A DNA stretch of 14,308 nucleotides from Octopus sinensis (lineage: Eukaryota), in NCBI RefSeq assembly GCF_006345805.1, contig NW_021825805.1, forward strand, positions 1-14,308, written 5' to 3'. Of this stretch, positions 9,086 to 14,308 are shown piece after piece. A model generated the notes under the pieces. The model saw nothing but the letters and a program-made list of their open reading frames with translations, searched no databases and was not told the origin of the DNA. Position 1 is the first letter of the stretch. Each line of letters begins with the position of its first letter. A program made the translations under genes and the position numbers.

Positions 9086-9377
9086 TTGAGCTGAGTTGGG
9101 GTGCTAGATTCCCTTGTTCGAAGACATAAGGACACAGATCGTGCTGTATAGCCAGCTGGAGATGATGTCTCCTGGGGCTAAATTACAGCAACATTCGTCC
9201 TAAACCAGGACTGCCATGTTATGTTGGCAAACAAACTTTACTACAAGGTACTGTTGCTGAATATCTCTCATTGTGAGATTTACAAATAGTAATTTTCTAA
9301 TTTATAGATCAGTGACTAGTTGTCACTTTGAAAACTATATATTTCAAACAGGAATATGGCAGCACCACCTCTAGCCG

Positions 9378-9438
9378 AACAATTATTCTGTACTGATGAA
9401 GGGAAATAACCCGGAAATCGCAATACACAGATATTGTT
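9378..9438 (+). ncRNA. Type I minimal hammerhead ribozyme, copy 2; predicted site after 9425
   Basis: CTGATGA at 9393-9399 and GAAA at 9414-9417, same architecture as copy 1. It has an A-C mismatch at the base of stem I and atcgcaat in stem III, so it may be impaired. Confidence 0.7.
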
Positions 9439-9730
9439 TTGAGCTGAGTGGGGTTGCTACATTCCCTTGTTCGAAAACATAAGGACACAGATCGTGTTAT
9501 ATAGCCAGCTGGAGACGATGTGTCCTGGGGATAAATTACAGCAACATTCGTCCTATACCAGGACTGCCATGTTATGTTGGCAAACAAACTTTACTACAAG
9601 GTACTGTTGCTGAATATCTCTCATTGTGAGATTTACAAATAGTAATTTTCTAATTTATAGATCAGTGACTAGTTGTCACTTTGAAAACTATATATTTCAA
9701 ACGGGAATATGGCAGCACCACCTCTAGCCG

Positions 9731-9791
9731 AACAATTATTCTGTACTGATGAAGGGAAATAACCCGGAAATCGCAATACACAGATATTGTT
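9731..9791 (+). ncRNA. Type I minimal hammerhead ribozyme, copy 3; predicted site after 9778
   Basis: CTGATGA at 9746-9752 and GAAA at 9767-9770; same motif and defects as copy 2. Confidence 0.7.
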
Positions 9792-10069
9792 TTGAGCTGA
9801 GTGGGGTTGCTAGATTCCCTTGTTCGAAAACATAAGGACACAGATCGTGTTATATAGCCAGCTGGAGACGATGTGTCCTGGGGCTAAATTACAGCAACAT
9901 TCGTCCTAAACCAGGACTGCCATGTTATGTTGGCAAACAAACTTTACTCCAAAGTACTGTTGCTGAATATCTCTCGTTGTGAGATTTACAAATAGTAATT
10001 TTCTATGAATTCATATTCACACCAATAATAATTGGAGCGCTAGGTTTTGTTAGTGTTAGTTAGTGCTTA

Positions 10070-10426
10070 GTTAGTGAAGGTGCATGGCTCAATGGTTAGA
10101 GCGTCGAGCTTACGATTGTGAGGTTGTGAGCTCGAATTCCAGACCGGGCTGCGTGTTGTGTTCTTGAGCAAGACACTTTATTTCACGTTGCTCCAGTTCA
10201 CTCAGCTGTAGAAATGAGTTGCGACGTCACTGGTGCCAAGCTGTATCGGCCCCTTTGCCTTTCCCTTGGATAACACTGGTGGCGTGGAGAGGGGAGGCCG
10301 GTATGCATGGGCGACTGCTGGTCTTCCATAAACAACCTTGTCCGGACTTGTGCCTGGGAGGGTAACTTTCTAGGTGCAATCCCATGGTCAGTGTCGTGAC
10401 CGAAGGGGGTCATAATAATTTAAATA
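10070..10426 (+). mobile_element. tRNA-derived SINE family E with a 12-bp TSD, inserted in the R4-like LINE
   Basis: Head ggtgcatggctcaatggttagagcg...gagctcgaattcc and central ttgagcaagacactttatttcacgttgctccag. TSD agttagtgctta at 10058-10069 and 10427-10438. Confidence 0.9.
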
Positions 10427-10652
10427 AGTTAGTGCTTAAAGGAGAATCTGGATAAACTGGGATTTTCAGAAAGAGAAATCGACCAAACAGTAAAAGAGAG
10501 GAACAGTAAAAATATGCAAGACTTTTCCCAAATTCCAAATGTGAATTTGTCTGTGTTAACTACATCCCAAAAGATGGAGCCTCGTATCTTCATTGAAAAC
10601 CGGCTTCCTCATTAGTGGAAGATTTATAATAATTAATAAATAGAAGAGACAT

Positions 10653-10984
10653 ACGACTGGCACTCTGTTAATTACAATGACAAGTGCTCCAGTCGAGCCA
10701 ATCAAAGAAACAGCTTGTTCATGATATTAACATGCAAATGGCTGAGTATTCCTCAGACATACATATCCTTAATATAGTTCTCAGAGAGATTCGGCATGAC
10801 ACAGAGCATGACAAGGCTGGGCCTTTGAATGGCATATATAACTAATGTTGGCCAGCTGGATGTACTGGAGCAATGTGAAATAAAGCATCTTGCTTAGGGT
10901 CACAAAGCACCATGGGGTATAGAACTCACAACTTTATGATCATAGGCTGAATACCCTAATCACTAAGCCATGCACCTTCACCAC
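10653..10984 (-). mobile_element. Old SINE with an E-type head and centre and a D-type tail
   Basis: Minus-strand agcaagatgctttatttcacattgctccagtacatccagctg matches family E; ttcaaaggcccagccttgtcatgctctgtgtcatgccgaat...gagaacta matches the family D tail. Confidence 0.75.
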
Positions 10985-11009
10985 TTTGATATATATATCT
11001 ACAGATACA

Positions 11010-11762
11010 ATACTTGGTTGGACCCATCGTTGGAGTTGGATCCCAGGCTCACTTGATGTTTCGGGTCTTAAACATAGACCTTCTTCCAGGCGACTTGACC
11101 CTGGTTGATCAAACCTAGGCTTGTATCTGTGTGGCATTCTACTGCCCCTTCCCCATCCCTCCCGGATATCAACCAGAACCATCTAGGTACATTCTCTGCA
11201 GCTTCTGTCGTCCTCATCTTCATCATCATTTAACGTCCATTTAATGTCCATGCTGGCATGGTTGGACATGGTTGTTAATGGGCCGTGGTCAGTGAACACA
11301 CAGCAATTGTGTGCATATATATATATATATATGTATGTATAATATTAGAAGAAATGGGGTACTCAGAAATATGGATGGTTTTATATTTACAGATATTTTA
11401 CATGTTTTTATAAATCATATATCATATATTAGCGCTTTCGTCCACTCTAGCGGAGTTGTCAATTTCTTCTAATATATAATACCTGTACATCATCTCCAAA
11501 CATTCTAATATATGTATGTATATATATATATGTGTATATATGTATGTATATATATATACATACATACATCATCATCGTTTAACGTTCGTTCTCCATGCTA
11601 GCATGGGTTGGACGGTTCGACCGGGGATCTGGGAAGCCAGAAGGCTGCACCAGGCTCCGGTCTTATCTGGCAATGTTCCTGTAGTGTCTGGGATTCCAAA
11701 GGCTTCGCTCAGGAACTGAACTGCTGACCCTTTACTCGCCACCTCGTCCTGGCTCTCCACCC
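11010..11762 (-). mobile_element. Degenerate C-terminal/3' UTR fragment of a HERO-like RLE non-LTR retrotransposon, split by the insertion at 11215-11677
   Basis: The minus strand encodes GWRART and EVASKGSAVQFLSE (11762-11680, with frameshifts) and TTEAAENVPRWFWL (11211-11170). These resemble the GWRAR..EVGCRGF..AAEKASRWLW C-terminus of such elements (recalled family motif). Confidence 0.5.
11283..11677. repeat. Dispersed direct duplicate of 2840-3256
   Basis: Near-identical over about 400 bp apart from microsatellite lengths and a few substitutions, including about 285 bp that is not family C sequence. Confidence 0.95.
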
Positions 11763-11939
11763 AATTTTTTTTTTTTTTGGAGGTCATCAATTATTTGGCG
11801 ATATGTTCAAAATAGAATCACATATAATAACAATAATCCAAAGCTGTATTGGTGCAATAACAGTTCAATAAATCTGCAATAACAGTTCAATAATGCTGCA
11901 TAAGTTTACAATAACTATGAAATAATTATACATAGCTGT

Positions 11940-12100
11940 GAGGTGGGGGGGGAGGCAGAAGAAGTTTGCTTCCCAACCACAAGGTTTGTGGGTTCAAATT
12001 CCACTGCATGGCTCGACGGCACCTTGGGTGAATATCTTCTGTTGTAACCCTAGGCTGACGCCGATGACTTGCGAGTGGATTTAGTGGACAGGAACTGCAT
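11940..12100 (+). mobile_element. Decayed SINE family A 5' half
   Basis: gcttcccaaccacaagg...ggcaccttgggtgaatatcttctg...gagtggatttagtggacaggaactg. Confidence 0.65.
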
Positions 12101-12164
12101 GAATCCCATCATTGCAATCACCATCATCAGCACGACTGCCATCAATCACTATCATCACCATCAT

Positions 12165-12345
12165 GAGTGGCTGTGTGGTAAGTAGCTTGTTTACCAACCA
12201 TATGGTTCTGGGTTCAGTCCCACTGCGTGGAACCTTGGGCAAGTGTCTTCTACTATAGCCTCGGGCCGACCAAAGCCTTGTGAGTGGATTTGGTAGACGG
12301 AAACTGAAAGAAGCCCGTCGTATATATGTATATATATATATATAT

Positions 12346-12384
<39 letters not shown>

Positions 12385-12595
12385 TTGTCTGTCTGTGTTT
12401 GTCCCCCTAGCATTGCTTGACAACCGATGCTGGTGTGTTTATGTCCCTGTCACTTAGCGGTTCGGCAAAAAGAGACCGATAGAATACGTACTGGGCTTAC
12501 AAAGAATAAGTCCCGGGGTCGATTTGCTCGATTAAAGGCGGTGCTCCAGCATGGCCGCAGTCAAATGACTGAAACAAGTAAAAGAGTAGAGAGTA
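12165..12595 (+). mobile_element. SINE family A, full length, young-looking (CpGs retained)
   Basis: gagtggctgtgtggtaagtagcttg...(TA)n(TG)n...gactgaaacaagtaaaagagt. Confidence 0.9.
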
Positions 12596-12741
12596 TCTAC
12601 ATCATTATCATTATCATCATCGCCATCATCAAAATCTTGCCCCCACAATGTTTAATATCGTTGCAATAATTTCATCCCTAAATGTTTACTAATGTTTCAA
12701 TAATGTTTAAATAATATCTTTGTGTGCTTGTATCATTACAG

Positions 12742-12818
12742 ATGACCACGCCCGGATAAGTTTACAAGAAATACCTCAGGGGTTTACCACAGATTATATC
12801 AATGCTAATTATATTGAT
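12742..12818 (+). CDS. Internal coding exon (77 bp, phase 1 to phase 0) of the same PTP domain: (Y)DHARISLQEIPQGFTTDYINANYID
   Basis: Acceptor cattacAG at 12740-12741 and donor GTAAGT at 12819. The translation contains the hallmark PTP motifs DHxRxxL and DYINANYID, and the phase is compatible with exon 7302-7392 (intron 7393-12741). Confidence 0.93.
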
Positions 12819-12847
12819 GTAAGTATATGACATTGCAACCTATAAAC

Positions 12848-13797
12848 TAGTGGTTTTCAACCAGGGTTCCGCGGAACCTTAGGGTTCCGCCAGTAGAGTC
12901 CAGGGGTTCCGCAAGAAGTTACAAAACTGCTAAAATCGGCAGAAATTTTAAAGTCTCCTGTGCAAATATGTGTGCATAAGACTATTAAATTATTGCACAG
13001 GGGTTCCTCGAGCCAGTGGAATGTTTCCTTGGGGTTCCGCTCCAGCAAAAAGTTTGAAAAGCACTGGTCTAACTAGTGTCTACCTGACTGTGTCTAACTC
13101 AGTGGTTTTCAACCAGGGTTCCGTGGAACCTTAGGGTTCTGCCAGTACAGTGCAGGGGTTCCGCAAGAAGTTACAAAACTGCTAAAATCGGCAGTAATTT
13201 TTAAGTCTCCTGTGCAAATATGTGTGCATAAGACTATTAAATTATTGCACAGGGGTTCCCCGAGCCAGTGGAATGTTTCCTTGGGGTTCCGCTCCAGCAA
13301 AAAGATTGAAAAGCACTGGTCTAACTAGTGTCTAACTGACTGTGTCTAACTCAGTGGTTTTTCAACCAGGGTTCCGTGGAACCTTAGGGTTCCGCCAGTA
13401 CAGTGCAGGGGTTCTGCAAGAAGTTACAAAACTGCTAAAATCGGCAGTAATTTTTATTTCTCCTGTGCAGATATGTGTGCATAAGACTAATAAATTATTG
13501 CACAGGGGTTCCTCGAGCCAGTGGAATGTTTCCTTGGGGGTTCCGCTCCAGCAAAAAAGATTGTAAAGCACTGGTCTAACTAGTGTCTAACTGACTGTGT
13601 TTAACTGACTGTGTCTAACTCAGTGGTTTTCAACCAGGGTTCCGCCAGTACAGTCCAGGGGTTCCGCAAGAAGTTACAAAACTGCTAAAATCGGCAGAAA
13701 TTTTTAAGTCTCCTGTTAAATTATTGCACAGGGGTTCCTCGAGCCAGTGGAATGTTTCCTTGGGGTTCCGCTCCAGCAAAAAGTTTGAAAAGCACTG
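12848..13797. mobile_element. Tandem array of four hAT (Buster/Charlie-type) MITEs separated by 33-47-bp spacers
   Basis: Copies at 12848-13066, 13100-13318, 13352-13573 and 13621-13797. Each has 13-bp TIRs CAGTGGTTTTCAA / TTGAAAAGCACTG (1 mismatch), repeated subterminal gggttcc motifs and 8-bp flanks with a central TA. Copy 4 has 18-bp and 24-bp internal deletions. Confidence 0.9.
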
Positions 13798-13867
13798 CTA
13801 TAGATGTAGCCCACATTGACGAGGAGGAGAAGGTGTAAAGAATAACCACTTATACCTGCCTGTATGC

Positions 13868-13933
13868 AACCCCGTGCTAGCATGGAAAGTGGACATTAAA
13901 TGGTGATGATGATGATGATGATGATGATTATGA
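13868..13933 (+). mobile_element. Family C 3' tail fragment with (GAT)n
   Basis: aaccccgtgctagcatggaaagtggacattaaatggtgatgatg matches 7094-7150. Confidence 0.7.
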
Positions 13934-14162
13934 TAGGCTCCAGAATGCTAATTTTTGAAAACTGTATTCTGACCAATCAGTGTGTGATTTTACTAAATTA
14001 CTTAAGTTGATTGGTGTTTGGTTTAGGTGTCACGGTTTGTTGAACATGCCAAGAGACACCTGTATTTTGACCCTGGCCAAAGCAGTAATTGTTGGGCTAT
14101 TCTCAGTGATCTTTACATTTCAATTATCATCATCATCATCATTACATTTATTATTGCTGTAG

Positions 14163-14308
14163 TCTTCTTCTTCTTCTTCTACTTCTTCTATTTCTTCTTC
14201 TTTTTCTTCTACTTCTTCTTCTTTCTTCTTCTACTTCTTCTTCTTTTTTCTTCTACTTCTTCTTCCTCTACTTCCGCGTCTTCTTCTTCTTCTACTTCTT
14301 CTTCTTTT
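14163..14308. repeat. Imperfect (CTT)n microsatellite running to the window end
   Basis: Directly visible. Confidence 0.97.

Larger units (their letters stand above)
8595..10013 (+). mobile_element. Retrozyme-like insertion: 5' inverted arm (8608-8754) plus about 3.5 tandem 352-353-bp hammerhead-containing units (8756-10005), flanked by direct repeat ctatgaattca
   Basis: Unit starts (attcccttgtt) at 8756, 9108, 9461 and 9814. The direct repeat lies at 8595-8605 and 10003-10013. Removing the insert restores the reading frame of the host LINE (LLYPDYEFIFTPIIIGALGF). Confidence 0.88.
8467..10640 (+). mobile_element. Decayed 3' end of an R4/Dong-like (restriction-like endonuclease) non-LTR retrotransposon, split by two later insertions
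   Basis: The pieces 8467-8605, 10014-10069 and 10439-10544 reassemble to KVCTIIEVICPADINISLKNKEKEDIYGQLLGNLQLLYPDYEFIFTPIIIGALGFVS..*CLKENLDKLGFSEREIDQTVKE, then after a frameshift RGTVKICKTFPKFQM*. A 3' UTR ending in a TAA-rich tail follows near 10640. Clade assignment is from recalled RLE C-terminal motifs. Confidence 0.8.

Noticed and set aside
8705-9587. ORFs of 72 and 92 aa in the 353-bp array
   Set aside because: They are not maintained between copies and have no recognisable domain; conservation follows RNA pairing rather than codons.
12857-13571. Repeated 63-74 aa ORFs (MLERNPKETFHW...)
   Set aside because: They are incidental frames within 219-bp non-autonomous MITE copies and show no transposase similarity.
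12848-13797. Repeat-spacer pattern superficially like a CRISPR array
   Set aside because: The repeats are 219-bp TIR elements, the spacers are near-identical rather than unique, the context is a eukaryotic intron and there are no cas genes.

Overview
AT-rich, repeat-dense eukaryotic DNA. The SINE and microsatellite content resembles octopus or another cephalopod; this is my inference and was not checked against a database. The window is mostly intron of a + strand classical protein-tyrosine-phosphatase gene: two exons (91 bp at 7302-7392 and 77 bp at 12742-12818) splice in frame to ALLNHRPDSQCNVSTASTNLWLNNQKDIVPYDHARISLQEIPQGFTTDYINANYID. None of the supplied ORFs looks like a real gene. The main discovery is a family of hammerhead-ribozyme-containing retro-repeats (retrozyme-like), present as two diverged but homologous subfamilies within 1 kb. 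One is a 364-nt unit present as about 1.14 copies in a (TA)n tract (7525-7939). The other is a 353-nt unit present as about 3.5 head-to-tail copies plus a 5' inverted arm, with a target-site duplication, inside a dead R4/Dong-like LINE (8595-10013). Both carry type I minimal hammerheads with palindromic stem III and share covarying hairpins. Their circularly permuted ends suggest a circular or multimeric RNA template. Other notable items: a U6 snRNA-SINE chimeric retrocopy with a TSD and a snap-back 5' end; a four-copy hAT MITE concatemer with two different sets of 8-bp TSDs; a ~400-bp duplication that looks like a transduction or template switch; a ~125-bp minisatellite; several nested tRNA-SINEs.
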